A DNA stretch of 62,852 bases, filler included, from Globobulimina sp. (GCA_003354225.1; 50 parts of 50 records of this genome joined end to end with filler, not necessarily neighbours in it), one strand, 5' to 3'. Shown: positions 25,340 to 39,219, counted from the whole stretch's first letter. A program made the numbers and translations. Notes: generated by a model from the sequence alone, not told the origin.

Positions 25340-26350
25340 TTATATACGATATAAAATAGAAGAAAATACAAAAGAAATACGTACCTTTAATTGTGAGATT
25401 TGTTTATCTTTATCCATAGCCTCGTTATTTGATATTAATAAAATCGTTGTTTGATATCCCAATGAAATATTATTTATTTTTTCGTTTGCTTTTAATTTTT
25501 TATTCAACAAATAAGGCGTATTACCCATCTCATACTCACTACATTCACCGTATTTATTCGAGCCAAATATAAAATATTCATCATTTTCTGTGATTGCAAC
25601 TGAATGAAAGCTGCCACATTTAATCCCAATTATTATTTTCGAACAAAAAAATGGAATCAATGAAGGATTATTCAATTTTTTAATATTATCATTAAAGCCA
25701 CATTGACCAAATTCATTGGTTCCCCAACTATATATTCTGCCATTTTTGTCAACAGCAATACTATGATTCCACCCACATTCTATTTTTTTTATTTCAATGT
25801 TATTTTGTTCAAAAAATGGAATTATCGACGGATACAATTTTGAAGCATTGTCACAATGACCCAGTCCAAGTTCGCCTTTGCTGTTCACACCGCAAGAATA
25901 CACACTTCCCGTTTCACTCAAAAACAACGAGAAATAATCACCAATTTTAATGTCAATGATATTCATATTCTTTAAAGTTTCAATTTCCGTCCATATATTA
26001 ACTGATTGTGGTCCCAGCCCATTGCAACCATTATCCCCATAGCCGCAGCTATACGTACTCCCATTATCACATATTACGATATTGTAACGGAAACCAGATC
26101 TTCCATGCACTACTTTTAAATTATTGTTTTTGAAAAACTCAATTAATACTGGTGTTTTTTGCTTCATTTTTGAACCAATTCCAATTTGTTGGTTATCATT
26201 CCAACCGTTAGCATATAACAATCCGTCATCGGTAATCCATAACAAATTGCTGGCCAAGCCACCGCCAAAAATATCTTTGATGTTACAAATATTGTGATTT
26301 ATTCTGGTTAAATTTACACCGTTTTCTCGATTATAGAAGCCAGCACTGAA
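25340..26350 (-). CDS. RCC1-repeat protein, partial
   Basis: VYSCGVNSKGELGLG, CGWNHS...IYSWGTNEFGQCG, CGSFHS. Confidence 0.92.
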   Translation of the reverse strand, partial: FSAGFYNRENGVNLTRINHNICNIKDIFGGGLASNLLWITDDGLLYANGWNDNQQIGIGSKMKQKTPVLIEFFKNNNLKVVHGRSGFRYNIVICDNGSTYSCGYGDNGCNGLGPQSVNIWTEIETLKNMNIIDIKIGDYFSLFLSETGSVYSCGVNSKGELGLGHCDNASKLYPSIIPFFEQNNIEIKKIECGWNHSIAVDKNGRIYSWGTNEFGQCGFNDNIKKLNNPSLIPFFCSKIIIGIKCGSFHSVAITENDEYFIFGSNKYGECSEYEMGNTPYLLNKKLKANEKINNISLGYQTTILLISNNEAMDKDKQISQLKVRISFVFSSILYRI

Positions 26351-26777
26351 NNNNNNNNNNNNNNNNNNNNNNNNNNNNNNNNNNNNNNNNNNNNTTAATT
26401 AATTAANNNNNNNNNNNNNNNNNNNNNNNNNNNNNNNNNNNNNNNNNNNNTGTCCCTCCCTTCCCCTCCCCTCCCTTCCAATAAAAGCAGCTAGCTCTAC
26501 AATAACTCTTACAAAACCCCAGAGAGAAAATAACTTCGTAATATTTTCCAGGGGGATAAATAATCGGATTTAACAACAAATAAAATGCCAAAAGTGTCAG
26601 CTGCCGTGTAATTAGTAATTAGGGTCGATTATGAGACGGAACTCCACCATAAGTATTATTAAGTAACTATTAAGCGACCGTTATTCTTTCCATGGTCACA
26701 TAATAATTAAAAAAACTCTGCAAAAATTTGTAAAAAACACCACATTTTTCGACCAACAATCACCAACATCTAGAATC

Positions 26778-27609
26778 ATGTCTTTTCTCTTTGGTTGGAC
26801 AAAGTATTTTCGTTCAAATAAGCCACAACATGATGAACCATCGATATCTGCAGAAGAAGATGGACCAGAATTAGCAACTAATCTCAATGATAATAATCAA
26901 CAAAATGAAAACAATGATAATAAAAACAACGATAATGATAATGACAACAAATACTGTGATGAATCTAAATCCGACATAGAATCTGATGACGAAGAATCGG
27001 ATAGTTTATTAGGTGGAGAATTTGAAACCTTAGAAGAAGAAATTGCATTTCTACGCGAACAAAACACTAAACTAAAATCTAAATATAAGTATCACAAATC
27101 GCAACATAAATTATTAAAACATAATTTTAAGAAAACCGGCGTAATGCAAATGCGAATCAATGGCAAATTAGTAAACGTGAAACAGCCACATTGCAACATG
27201 TCATTGGATGAGTTAAGTGCCAAAGTTGAAGCTCGTTTACCTAAATTCTTACAACGCGCAGATCAATCCACGCCTAACGACACCATTTGCATTCCATCAG
27301 ACATTGAAAATGAGATTGGAATTATTGACATTAAAACAGTGGATTGGTGGGATATGGTGAAATTTGATACTATGGATACAAATGATGCATTATCCACATT
27401 TAATAATGATGTAAACCTACAATATGAAGACGCACTGGAATTGGGCGGTACATTTATTGTATTAAGTTTAGTTTCTATCCTTGCACTCACTCCGTATACA
27501 CTGTATATATAATATTTTATATTTACTATTTAGGAGAAGCGGATATTATTGATGCCATTGCTTGCTTTGTAGCTCAGTGTGTAATGAGCATCCCCGAATG
27601 TCATAACTT
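26778..27609 (+). CDS. Unknown protein (Asn/Asp-rich N-terminus, coiled coil, probable TM region), multi-exon, truncated
   Basis: 244-aa ORF with natural low-complexity composition. Confidence 0.5.
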
Positions 27610-27709
27610 NNNNNNNNNNNNNNNNNNNNNNNNNNNNNNNNNNNNNNNNNNNNTTAATTAATTAANNNNNNNNNNNNNNNNNNNNNNNNNNNNNNNNNNN
27701 NNNNNNNNN

Positions 27710-28190
27710 ACATAAAAAATTGAAAGAGGCGGAAAGACGGAGAATTGAAACAGAACAAAAATTAGAAACAGAAGAAAGAGAACGAAGGAAAATAGAAACA
27801 GAGAAAGAAGCAATGCAACAAAAATTAACAAAAACAGAAAAAGAGAAACAAGAAATGGAACAAAAATTAAATCAATTTGAAAAAGAAGAAAAAGAAGAAG
27901 AGAAAACTGAGATTGTTTTAGAGAATTTACTGAAAAGTTGGAAATTAGGACAATATATAAATATCTTAATAAGTGAACAAGGCTATGATGATATTGATGA
28001 TTGGAATGATTTGACTCTTTTAGAATTACAAAGTATGGGATTTAAACCTGGCCATTCCAAGAAATTTAAACGAAAAACTAATGAATATTTTATGCAAAAA
28101 AGAAAATTACATGCTGTAAATGATAATATTCCATCTTCGAATGATGATGATGAAAATCGTGAAGGTCATGATGCTACATTGTATATGTAA
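27710..28190 (+). CDS. Coiled-coil plus SAM-domain protein, C-terminal part
   Basis: LKSWKLGQYINILISEQGYDDI...LTLLELQSMGFKPGHSKKF. Confidence 0.8.
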
Positions 28191-28428
28191 TATATTAACT
28201 TTTTTCATTGAATTCCGTGCACTTTTCATAATAATTTATTTAATTTAAGCTCGTTTGTTTTTTGTCAAGACAAGTTTGCAAGAGGTGGAAGGGTAATATT
28301 ACAAATTTCGGTACACCACTGCTTTTTTATCTAAACACAGTGGAGTTGGATATTGCTAATTTGTGTTAACACGTCATATCGGTCATTGTCTAAATTTTAA
28401 TACAAAACAGTAAGTGTGTGAAGTGAGC

Positions 28429-28868
28429 ATGTTGTTATTGTCTGTGCTTCTCGTTGGGTTTAGTTTTGCTGAAAGTTGGCATGGTTCTTGGTTTGGATCG
28501 AGTGAAAATAGTGAACCCATGGCGATGTGGTGTGTATTGAATCTATTTATATATAATATTATCTAGCTACATTAACACAAATCTGCACTGCACAGCCATA
28601 TGACTGATGCTTATCCACCTCCAGCCAATCGCTCATTAGAATCATTTGTGATAAATTTAGATGCAAATGCAGCAGATAGATGGACTGAACCAACCACAAA
28701 ATATAAGGATATGATAATAAAAGTGGTTAATTTGACAATGGGAGCGCCGTTTATGTTCCCTTTTCGTAAAATGGTGGAGGACGCAGGCGTCGATTCATTG
28801 TTAGCGAGATTACCAAATGATTGGGGCAAAGAAATAGAATCCATTACAAATATACTTTCTTTATCAAA
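28429..28868 (+). CDS. Acid ceramidase/NAAA-family protein N-terminus with signal peptide; intron 28530-28595
   Basis: Spliced MLLLSVLLVGFSFA...CHMTDAYPP, then INLDANAADRW and LPNDWGKEIESI, matching the INLDxPxxxRW and LPxxYxxEIxGI motifs. Confidence 0.75.
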
Positions 28869-28968
28869 NNNNNNNNNNNNNNNNNNNNNNNNNNNNNNNN
28901 NNNNNNNNNNNNTTAATTAATTAANNNNNNNNNNNNNNNNNNNNNNNNNNNNNNNNNNNNNNNNNNNN

Positions 28969-30127
28969 TTTTATCAAATTGAATGTAACCACTGGCTTTA
29001 TGGAGGAGAAAGCCGCGGCGGTCCACGCCTTGACCTCCTTTATCAGGAATGGGGGCTATGGCTTTTTGTCGCATATGGATGACTGTTGGGAGCGGCTGAC
29101 TTATTTATGGGAATATCCACATTCATTGGTCAAGATATCGGTGGCTCAATGTTTTCATGCGTTTTTTACGTTGATTGTGAGTCATTCGTTGCAAAATAAT
29201 GAGAATGCGATTATTTTGGATGCAGATAAGAACACTAAGCGACAACGCAAGAGATATCCGTACGCCTTAAATGACAGTGTGTGTTACAACAATCAAGTCT
29301 GCAATTTAATTGATACAATATTCCCATTGTATATACAATCGATTCGCGAAGAAGAAGACCGTGACGCATTAAATGTAATTATTGATTATTTTATTGAAGA
29401 ATTGAAAATATTGGGACCAAAATCAGTCCATAGCTTAATGGATGAGCTAATTGCTGCGATCAACTTATATTTGAAAGAAGAATGTCAATGTCAACAATTT
29501 TCTGATCCCACCAACAAAGACACAAAAGACATTGGCACCAAACATCAATGGATAAGTGATACGATCGCAGATTTAATTGCGACTTTATCGGAGTTGTGGG
29601 GGCCTCACAACAAATTTGCTTCTATCTTTGAGAAATTATTGGGCAATTTATTGTCGTTTGGGAGGGAATCGCGTGATCCGCAGGACCAGGCCATGGTAGT
29701 TGGCTGCATTGCAGATTGTTGCAGCAGATTGCAACCGTTGTCGTCGTTGGTGATACGCAAAAATAATGCATTTATAATGAGCCGATTTAGTGATGACATC
29801 TTTAAATTGGCCTTACGCATTGCTTCCTGTTCAGATGTAAATATGAGGCAAAATGCATTGTATTGTATTGGGGCATTGTTTACGTGTTGCGATACAAAAT
29901 CAAATCTAAAATATTCTGGACAAACATTGGAGTGTATAAAGAATTATATTTCCTTTCCCAATGATGGCGATCGACATTGTAAATTGGTGCGTGATAATGC
30001 AGTATCGGCGTTGGGCAAAATGTTAATCTCACAACCTGCAGAATTATCCACTGCTGAATTATTGCCAATATTTTTAAATTCATTGCCGTTGACCTGTGAT
30101 TTCACTGAGAATCAATACGTCTACCAA
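28969..30127 (+). CDS. Importin-4 (Kap123)-like HEAT-repeat karyopherin, partial
   Basis: VTTGFMEEKAAAVHAL, QDQAMVVGCIAD, MRQNALYCIG, VRDNAVSALGKM, LPLTCDFTENQ. Confidence 0.85.
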
Positions 30128-30272
30128 NNNNNNNNNNNNNNNNNNNNNNNNNNNNNNNNNNNNNNNNNNNNTTAATTAATTAANNNNNNNNNNNNNNNNN
30201 NNNNNNNNNNNNNNNNNNNNNNNNNNNCAACAGTATGCAACAATCAAACAACAAACACGTAAACCGACTGCA

Positions 30273-31357
30273 ATGAAGACATGGAAGGATATCAAAAACA
30301 AAGGAAACATTGCAAATCATAATCAAGCTGCGGTATATGGTTATATTCGACTCAATTATATGCACAAAACCAAAGCATTTCCAATTGATATTATTAAACT
30401 AATAATCTTTTTTTATCAAAGCGGTATAAATTGGAAATTCAGCAAACAAGAAATTAAATTATTCAACACAGCAAAAAATAAATATGATAAAATATTATCA
30501 GAACCAATGGAAATAAATGATATCGTTTTTAACTATGTCGTATATCCAAAATATTGTGCAGAGGAATTTGATTTGAATTACATTTCTTATTACAACCGAC
30601 AATGGATTGCAATAAAAGGTGATGTTAGATTTGGTTTGGAAATGCAATCCATACCAAACAATATCGAATATATGAAAGTATATTTCGAATTGCATTGTGT
30701 GGAAACAAATAATCACTTTAAGACAACACATACATTTGGCACACATCAAGCGAGTGGATCTGTCATCGCCTTTATTAAAAATCAAGATATTGCAAATGGC
30801 AAATATCGATATAAACATTTGACTTTTCGCGGTTGTATGGATATTTTATGTATTCATTATCGAGACAATCATCGATTAAATTATGATCCACGTTTTATGG
30901 ATCTAACCAAAATGGATAAATCATGCCAATATGAATGGAAAATTACAAAAGAATTAATTAAATCTGAAACAGATTGGAAAGAGTGGCGAATATATTATGC
31001 GACAAACTTTAATCATAATGTGTTCGGTTTGTGTTTGTCAGGAAGTGAATGGTTTAAGTATTAGAAATAATAACTATGTTCTTGTCTCAATTCGAATGTT
31101 TAGGATTCCTGCCAATGTGAAGAAATTGGATGTGGAAATTGAGTGTGTTGTTGGCGAGAAAAAATATAAGAAAACGAGTATTATAAAATGTGGATCTGAG
31201 CAATCTTTGAAATTTTGTGTGTGAATCCCATTCAAATCATGCGAGTTTGCTTCATATTAAAGATGTTAATATTAAAGTACAAATTAAAATTATTCATGTG
31301 TTTGATTCTAGCGATACAAGCATTGAAACAACATTGGAGGAAATATGGTATTTTGTA
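30273..31357 (+). pseudogene. Lineage-expanded 'VYGYIR...PIDIIKLIIFFY' protein with MATH-like repeats; frameshifted with in-frame stops
   Basis: Coding signal moves frame near 31040 (FGLCLS to NGLSIRNNNYVLVSIRMFRIP); further stops at 31222 and ~31258 are followed by coding-like DVNIKVQIKII. Confidence 0.55.
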
Positions 31358-31568
31358 GAAAATATATACGGGTGTTTTTAGTTTTTNNNNNNNNNNNNNN
31401 NNNNNNNNNNNNNNNNNNNNNNNNNNNNNNTTAATTAATTAANNNNNNNNNNNNNNNNNNNNNNNNNNNNNNNNNNNNNNNNNNNNTCCGAACCAATCTA
31501 CAGGGAAAGTAATTTATTGTGGTGACTGGTGAGCGAACAACTGCAAAAGTATTAAATTAAATTAAACA

Positions 31569-32546
31569 ATGTCTTCAAAGAGTATTAAATTACTTTCCTG
31601 CCAAATAGTTTCTGTTCTAAATGTATTTGTGCTGTTCATTATTATCATTTATCATTGTTACACTACAAAGAAACATAATGGATATATTGGATTAAACGTG
31701 TGCAGTAAATCTCAATCATCATTGTTTTCCTCATTCATATTGTTAATAATTGCAACATGTCCAATGCTAATCTATTCCTTTGAGATTTTAGCTCCATTTG
31801 AATCCAATTATTTTTGCAATATCATTGCCTATTTTAGTTTTCCATCTTATATGTTATTTAAATGTGCATTATATTTGATATTGCTATCTCGTCTCAAAGA
31901 CTTATGGAAAGATTCCGCATTCAGCTATAAAAATACAACATTATTGCTATGTACTGCAGTATTGTTGGTGGCGACTTTATTCGTTATATTTGCGATTAGA
32001 TTGCTATCCAAACCTCATCTCGATTTGGAAAAGGTTCCAGTTTGTCAACTGGGCTTTGGAAATGTTCCATTGTTTGTAGCAATACCTATGATGTTATATG
32101 AGCCCATTGCTTTTATAGTCTGTTTATATTTATTCCTAAGACCTATACTTATGTTTCGAAAGGAGGCAAAAAACAATAACCAACAAACATTGTCAGATGA
32201 TTTAATGCGAATTGCCGTAAAACAAACAATTTTGTCTGTAACAGCTTTTTCTACGACATTTATCAGTTTTATTTTCATGACATTTTTCAATATGAAACCA
32301 TTATTTATTACCTCGGATGTCAATGTCTCAGTTTTATGCATTATTTTGAGTTAAGTAAATCAGTATATTCTCATCATGTATTTGCAACATTTATGTCTGA
32401 CGGATATGTATTTAGTGTATAAATGGAACACCCATATTTTCGAAAAAATATGCGGTTATTGTTTGAAACAACACGCAGCGAAACAAAATATCAAACATTT
32501 GGGAGCGGTTATTCAAATTGACAGTGTTAATACGCCATCAACGTGA
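31569..32546 (+). CDS. 7TM GPCR-like membrane protein (probable intron after ~32350)
   Basis: Seven hydrophobic segments; LSRLKDLW..SAFSY and LFLRPI motifs shared with 20335-21228. Confidence 0.7.
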
Positions 32547-32918
32547 CTGACTTTCCAGTTACAATTAATGACTACATCGTTTTTTCCCTTTGTGATATTA
32601 GCATATTCACAACGACATGGACTGATATACAGTATATTGTATTTTNNNNNNNNNNNNNNNNNNNNNNNNNNNNNNNNNNNNNNNNNNNNTTAATTAATTA
32701 ANNNNNNNNNNNNNNNNNNNNNNNNNNNNNNNNNNNNNNNNNNNNTTTGGCTCGGCGGCTTTTCCGAATTGCCAAAGTTACAGCACTACACCGAATCGAT
32801 AGACGCGCAGCGGTCGCGAGAGGTTGTTTTATTGCCCTTGCTCTACTTTATATGTTTTGCGTGCTGGCCTATGTTTACCGTGTACATAATATTGTAAATA
32901 TTTTCTCTGTTTGTAAAT

Positions 32919-33904
32919 ATGAATTTTTCACCCGTTATTGACTTCATTGCACCGTTTTTTGAACCTGTTTTAACAACTATTATTACGCCATTATGTGAAC
33001 CAAAAAATGAATCAAAAATTGAAAAGAAAATGGATAAAATTAAACGGAAAACGGAACAATACGAAGAACACAATGGGAAACGACACGAATGCTTCTGCTT
33101 CGAACTGAGAATATGTAATAAATGCAAGAAATGTGAAATCTGTAAAGAAATTAAAAAAGCAATCCCGACAAGGATCCAACCAAAAAGGGAGGCCAAGACA
33201 AAAACGGAACAAGAAGGTAAAATAAGGAAAAATCCGGACATATACGTAGATAACTATAAAGCAGGTACTAATAAATCTAAAGCGGGTACTAATAAATCTA
33301 AGGTCGATACTGAGAAAAATCGAACGGAAACTTTGAAACAATTAGCTGGAAATATGGAAACCATACATAAACCTGAAAATTTATATACTCCAAAACGATT
33401 AGATAAACGATTTTTAACAAATAATGTACGATTGGACGTGGTATATAGCCCAATAATACAAAATGAACCAGACAATTGTGTCAAAAATGCTGAACTAATG
33501 CTACAGAAAAATGCTTTATTGAAGGAGAAATGGAATGCGTTATGTTATGATACAGAATTACCATTAATGAATATTTCTAATCCTGAACCTAATATCAATG
33601 AACCGATCGTACGTACAACTTTACCGAACGACGAATCCGTACCGATAAAAATTGAAACTGTTATATGTGAAAATGTATATGATAATAAAACCGAACATAA
33701 AAATGCTGAACCAATAATGGATAATGATCAATTGGAACCAATTACTGAAAGTAAGGATATAAAAATGAAATCTAAAATATGTGAAAATATTTGTGCTTTT
33801 GATTCTGATCTTGAATTAATAAAATTTGAACCACAACAAGATGAGTTAAATTTGGCGCCAAAACCAATATCACCTGATATGTCTAGACAGTTGCCTAAAG
33901 GTAA
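32919..33904 (+). CDS. Unknown intronless ORF with Cys cluster, 3' truncated
   Basis: HECFC...CNKCKKCEIC; tandem KAGTNKS duplication. Confidence 0.45.
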
Positions 33905-34004
33905 NNNNNNNNNNNNNNNNNNNNNNNNNNNNNNNNNNNNNNNNNNNNTTAATTAATTAANNNNNNNNNNNNNNNNNNNNNNNNNNNNNNNNNNNNNNNN
34001 NNNN

Positions 34005-35128
34005 ATTTGAAACAGATTCTACAATGATGGCACTTTCATATGTTTCATATAATCCATTCACAACAATGTTGGACAATATGTGATATGAATTATTGTTATA
34101 ATCGTCAGATACGTAAAGTCCTCCATATGCGGCAGTGTTGTTGTAAATATTTGCGCCATCAAAGTAATTATTTGATGAGTGTATGATTGGAGACTGCATA
34201 GTGATGCGTATTAAGTTGTGGTTTGCTGTGTTTTTCGTCAGGATTATATTGTTAATGTTATATGAGATTACATTTTCAAAATACAACAAAGCAGTCGAAC
34301 TTGATGAACAATCTTCGATTTTGATGTAATTTAAGATGATGTGGCCACCATTTACGATATGAATTGGTGTGTCCATATTGTATAAATCCACTGCATTCAA
34401 TGAAAATGTGTTATTGGTGCTTGGTGGTGAATATTGAATGGATATTGGTTTAAAATTGTTATTATTGCCGTACATAACGACATTATTGAGATATATATCA
34501 ACATTGGAGATATTCTTTGCATTTAATAATGTTCCTTCAATATTTGCATGAACATTAATAAGAAGATCTGAACGTTGAATGAATTAATTTTTCATAGAAA
34601 ATATAAAATTAAAAAAGAACCAAACTGTTAATGTTGAGAGCTATTTTTGGTGAATTTGGGTTGTTTTGGGTAATGCCCATAAAAATAGCATTATTGTTGA
34701 CATTGACAACACAGAAAGATGGCCCAATGCAGTTGAAATTAATTGTGATGGTTTTGTTACATAGATTTGGAATGAACGGGACCGAAATAGAGCTGTTTTG
34801 GGTGATGTTAAGATTAGAAATTATTGAGATATTAAAGGTAAATTGGTTTGGATGTGCCGTATTTGATTGATTTGATTGGTTTAATGCTATTATGATATTA
34901 TTCCATGCTTCTTCAATGGAATAAACAATACTATGATTCATCATTAATGTTGGTACTGTTTGTAATGTATCCATCAGATAATAAGTATTGCCTGTTTTTA
35001 AAATGACTGGTTAAAAAAAAGGATTGTATTCAATAAATGTGAATATTACAAAACTGCCAAATATGCATAACAAGTTGAGATAAAGCAATACATTACAGAA
35101 CCGATTCACAAACAAATGCGACATTATG
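34005..35128 (-). CDS. Secreted Asn/Ile-rich parallel-beta-helix-like protein, multi-exon, truncated
   Basis: Hydrophobic N-terminus near 35128; NNTAAYGGLYV and KNTA repeats typical of right-handed beta-helix proteins. Confidence 0.5.
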
Positions 35129-35263
35129 AGGAATGATGAAAAACTTAGTTGAGTAATAATTTANNNNNNNNNNNNNNNNNNNNNNNNNNNNNNNNNNNNN
35201 NNNNNNNTTAATTAATTAANNNNNNNNNNNNNNNNNNNNNNNNNNNNNNNNNNNNNNNNNNNN

Positions 35264-36216
35264 TCAATATCAACGACGATAAGGCAAGACATGATATATT
35301 TATTGATGATAAAGATATGTTTAAAGAAGCATACGGAACGAAAATAACAACATTAGAACTGAATAAATTCCCAGAGTCAATTCGCCAAAATTTATTTCCA
35401 AGATATAAATATTTGGATTTAAATGAGAATGCTACTCGATTGCATATTATGTTGCGCACAGAAGGAAGGAATGAAACAGAGCCAATGACTGCACATCTAA
35501 TTGAAACCGGAGAAAAAAGCATTTTGCCACTTACTTTATCCCCGATTGATCGCTGTGCAATCTTACAAAGCAACAAATATGGTTTAATCACATTGGGTGG
35601 CTTTAAAAAGGACAGTTATACCACGACTACGCCTGTTCATGTTTTGAAATGGAACGAAAACGAGAATAAGTTTGCATGGGACACGAATATAGTTTGTAGA
35701 ATGAAATGTGGCCATGGCAATCACTCCGCATTTATGATGGAGAAAGAGGAACAAATATTTGTTTGTGGTGGATATGATTGCGGTGCAACGGAGCTGTTCT
35801 CATTTAAACGTAATCGATGGGAAAGTTTGCAAGAAATGCATACAAACCACGAATGTGGTGCTGTTTGTTATGATTATTCTAAAACAAATAATATGTTTGT
35901 TGTTGGTGGAGGTCACAGTGATTGTCGAAACTGTGACAGATATGATTTTCATAAAAATAAATGGTTTCGGTTACCAAAGACAAAGTATCCGCATACAATT
36001 TTCCCAGACATTAAAATTACTAAAAATGGATTGTTAATATGTACGGGCAATCATTATATGTTTGGTCAATGGGGATATTCGGAATTTTTAGATTTGAGAG
36101 ATCCCACAGCTTGGAAATACATGAATATGCAATCATCATTGTACGAGATTTTATCGCAAGATAGTAATGATGACTTTTTCTTGAATAAAACAATGAGAAG
36201 AATATGCTCTTTGTAA
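35264..36216 (+). CDS. Kelch-repeat protein, C-terminal part
   Basis: ITLGG, IFVCGG..ELFSFKRNRWESL, FVVGG..RYDFHKNKWFRLP. Confidence 0.88.
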
Positions 36217-38420
36217 TCACTTATCACTATATAGATTGTTAATAATTTGTTTGCAGACACATAATTAAGTAATTATTTTAATTCAGAGTTTCATTAAAAT
36301 TAACTTCAAAGCCTAAGAAATCAATGTTTAGTTGCAACTCCATGACCTTCAAACCTGCAATCGTTTGTTTCATAATAACAATTATGTCATCATATTGGCA
36401 TTCAGGTATTTTTGCCAGTCTANNNNNNNNNNNNNNNNNNNNNNNNNNNNNNNNNNNNNNNNNNNNTTAATTAATTAANNNNNNNNNNNNNNNNNNNNNN
36501 NNNNNNNNNNNNNNNNNNNNNNGATCCGACGTTGTGTAAATAATGAATCCGACATTTAGATATTTTGCTAACTTCGAATACTAGGTTGAAAACCACTCTA
36601 CCTAACGGTCCTAACCCAAAAACTTTGCTAATCGTTGAAATGAAACGAAACGAAACTAAGCCAAAAAAGTTAACTGGAACTTATGAATATCGATATGGTC
36701 TCCAATTTGTTTGTCATTACTCATTAGAGTCCACTAGGGTCCAATGTTAATTACGTAATTTACCAACATTCCCTTAATCACAAAGACTCGACACAAAGAG
36801 TTGATGATATTTTTGAAAAATAATACAATTTTTTTCGTTTGCGGTATAATCTTGAAAGAAAATTATATCTTTAACTGGAACTTTTTTTTAGGAGTAGCTA
36901 GATAGATCAAGATCTTTTTTATGCAATCCATTTGGCGCTAGAGGATATTTATGAAACGGAGTGGTTTTAGAGGGACCATTTATGAAAAGCGTTTTCAAAT
37001 CAAATAACTTATAGTATACACTCTGTACCTCCAACGAGGGTCGTTTATATTTGGACGACTGGTGGTGCGTAAGGGCGTGCTCTGCGGCAGTATTTATATT
37101 TAGAAGACTCAAGTTCAGAGTACTTTTAAAAATCTGTAAAACTAAAACGTAATCCTTTCGAACCAATCTACAGGGAAAGTACTAGGTCAACTTCGAATAC
37201 TAGGTTGAAAACCACTCTAGCTAACCCAAAAACCTTGCCAATCACAAAAGAAGTGTAAGCCTAAAAAGTCAAATATATATAATTGTACTGTCACCAATTC
37301 CAAACCGCCATTGAGCCTCTATATTTATTATGTTTTTTCTTGACTGGTGTGCGTTGCGTAAGATTTTTTTTTTCTGTAAACCTACTAGAATTGACATACA
37401 ATTCGGATCATGTCTTTGGTGGCGGAGGTAAAACCATTCCCCAATATGGGAAAAAACAATTAAACAAAGATATTGCAGATCAAGAAGAGTTTGTTTATTT
37501 TCCATCTGACGTGCAACTGCAACAAGAAAATCAAGACCAGGATGAAGAAGATGAAGATGAAGATGATGATTTGCAAGTTAATAAAAATAAAAAAAGCAAA
37601 AAATCTGTTTTAGGTAAGAGACGAAGAACAGATGAAAACACCACAAATTCTAATAATAAAAAACAAGGATCAAAATAATATNNNNNNNNNNNNNNNNNNN
37701 NNNNNNNNNNNNNNNNNNNNNNNNNTTAATTAATTAANNNNNNNNNNNNNNNNNNNNNNNNNNNNNNNNNNNNNNNNNNNNTTATTACGGATTTCGAATT
37801 GATATCCCCCTTTTTTTTTTGTGGAAAAAGTTGTAAAAGTAAAAAAATGATAAAATATTAAAATGTATGGAAATCATGAAAAAACTAAATATTTATGCGA
37901 TATCAGCAATATTGGTAAAAATGATAAAAAAATGAATATTTATGCGATACAGTAGTGTTCCCGATAAGAGGTACGCATATTAGTACTAATATATATAACA
38001 TGTAATAGGGAGGCAACAGAGTTGCATTGCGGGGCGATAGACCCAGAGGCAAGATAGACATAGAGGCAAGATATACAAAGAGTGAAGATACATCACGAGG
38101 CAAGATAGAGCCAGAGGCAAGAAGCATGGGTTCAGGAAGACAGGTTCAAACACTCAAGGTACTGGACAAATTTAGGTTCTGTAGGTCATAGTTTGGTAGA
38201 GGTTCAACCTAAAGTACAAGTCAGAATAAATTATAAATTCAAATTTTATCAAAGCAATAAAAAAACACATGTCATTCAAAACAAATGTCTTGTATATTTT
38301 TCATTTTTCTTTGATTCAATATTTTATGCATCAACATCCATATCCTCAACTCCATCAGACACTGTTCTTAATAGATTTTCTTTAATCATTTCGTCAATAA
38401 CTTCTTGATCGCTTGAACGT

Positions 38421-38940
38421 TCACTCATCAATTATTGGTGGGTCATTATCATCTTCACTCGAATCATCAATTTCTCTTTTATCACTTTTTTTTCCAGAAT
38501 TTTCTTTTATTTGTGGTTTTCTTTTATTTGTGCAAAGAACACAACGACAACCTGCTTTATATCCGTATTTACATTGTTTCTTATTTAAATCCATATCCAT
38601 ATCACTGTCCATATCACTGTCCATGTCACTGTCCATGTCACTGTCCATGTCACTTTCCATATCACTATCCATGTCAGAATCTTCTTCGCTTTCATTATTT
38701 TGTTCTATGTTTTTCTTTTCCAACATCAATAATCTTTGTTCTTCGATTAATCTATCATTCACATCAGGTTTTTTACATTTATCTAATCTAGTTTGTGTTA
38801 TCCCTTCCATAACACACTTATTGAAATCTGTCAATCTACTTAAGGCTACAAACGTTAGTCCTGAAGCATATTCACTTGTTCCTAAATCTATCCAAGCACC
38901 ATCTAAAGTTAAACCTTGACTTGAATGAATTGTTGTACCC
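38421..38940 (-). mobile_element. PIF1-family helicase C-terminus, Helitron/Helentron RepHel-like, with (SDMD)n 12-bp tandem repeat
   Basis: Frame upstream of the listed ORF reads GTTIHSSQGLTLDGAWIDLGTSEYASGLTFVALSRL (SF1 motifs V/VI), followed by RL...RLIEEQRL. Confidence 0.75.
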
Positions 38941-39219
38941 NNNNNNNNNNNNNNNNNNNNNNNNNNNNNNNNNNNNNNNNNNNNTTAATTAATTAANNNN
39001 NNNNNNNNNNNNNNNNNNNNNNNNNNNNNNNNNNNNNNNNTTTCTATCAAAATAAAACATATCCATGTGATAGTTGTTGTAAACCAAATTGATGCGACAA
39101 GAAATAGTGAAACTAGTCTTTTTATGTGTGATATAATATTAATATAATTCATTAAAGATGCTCACATGCTCACCGAGTCCGACTCACCGACGCACCGAAT
39201 GCTTAACACAATCAAAACT

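Noticed and set aside
30273..31357. In-frame TGA/TAA as evidence of stop-codon reassignment
   Set aside because: They accompany frameshifts, and conserved genes here read through in the standard code; pseudogenisation is simpler
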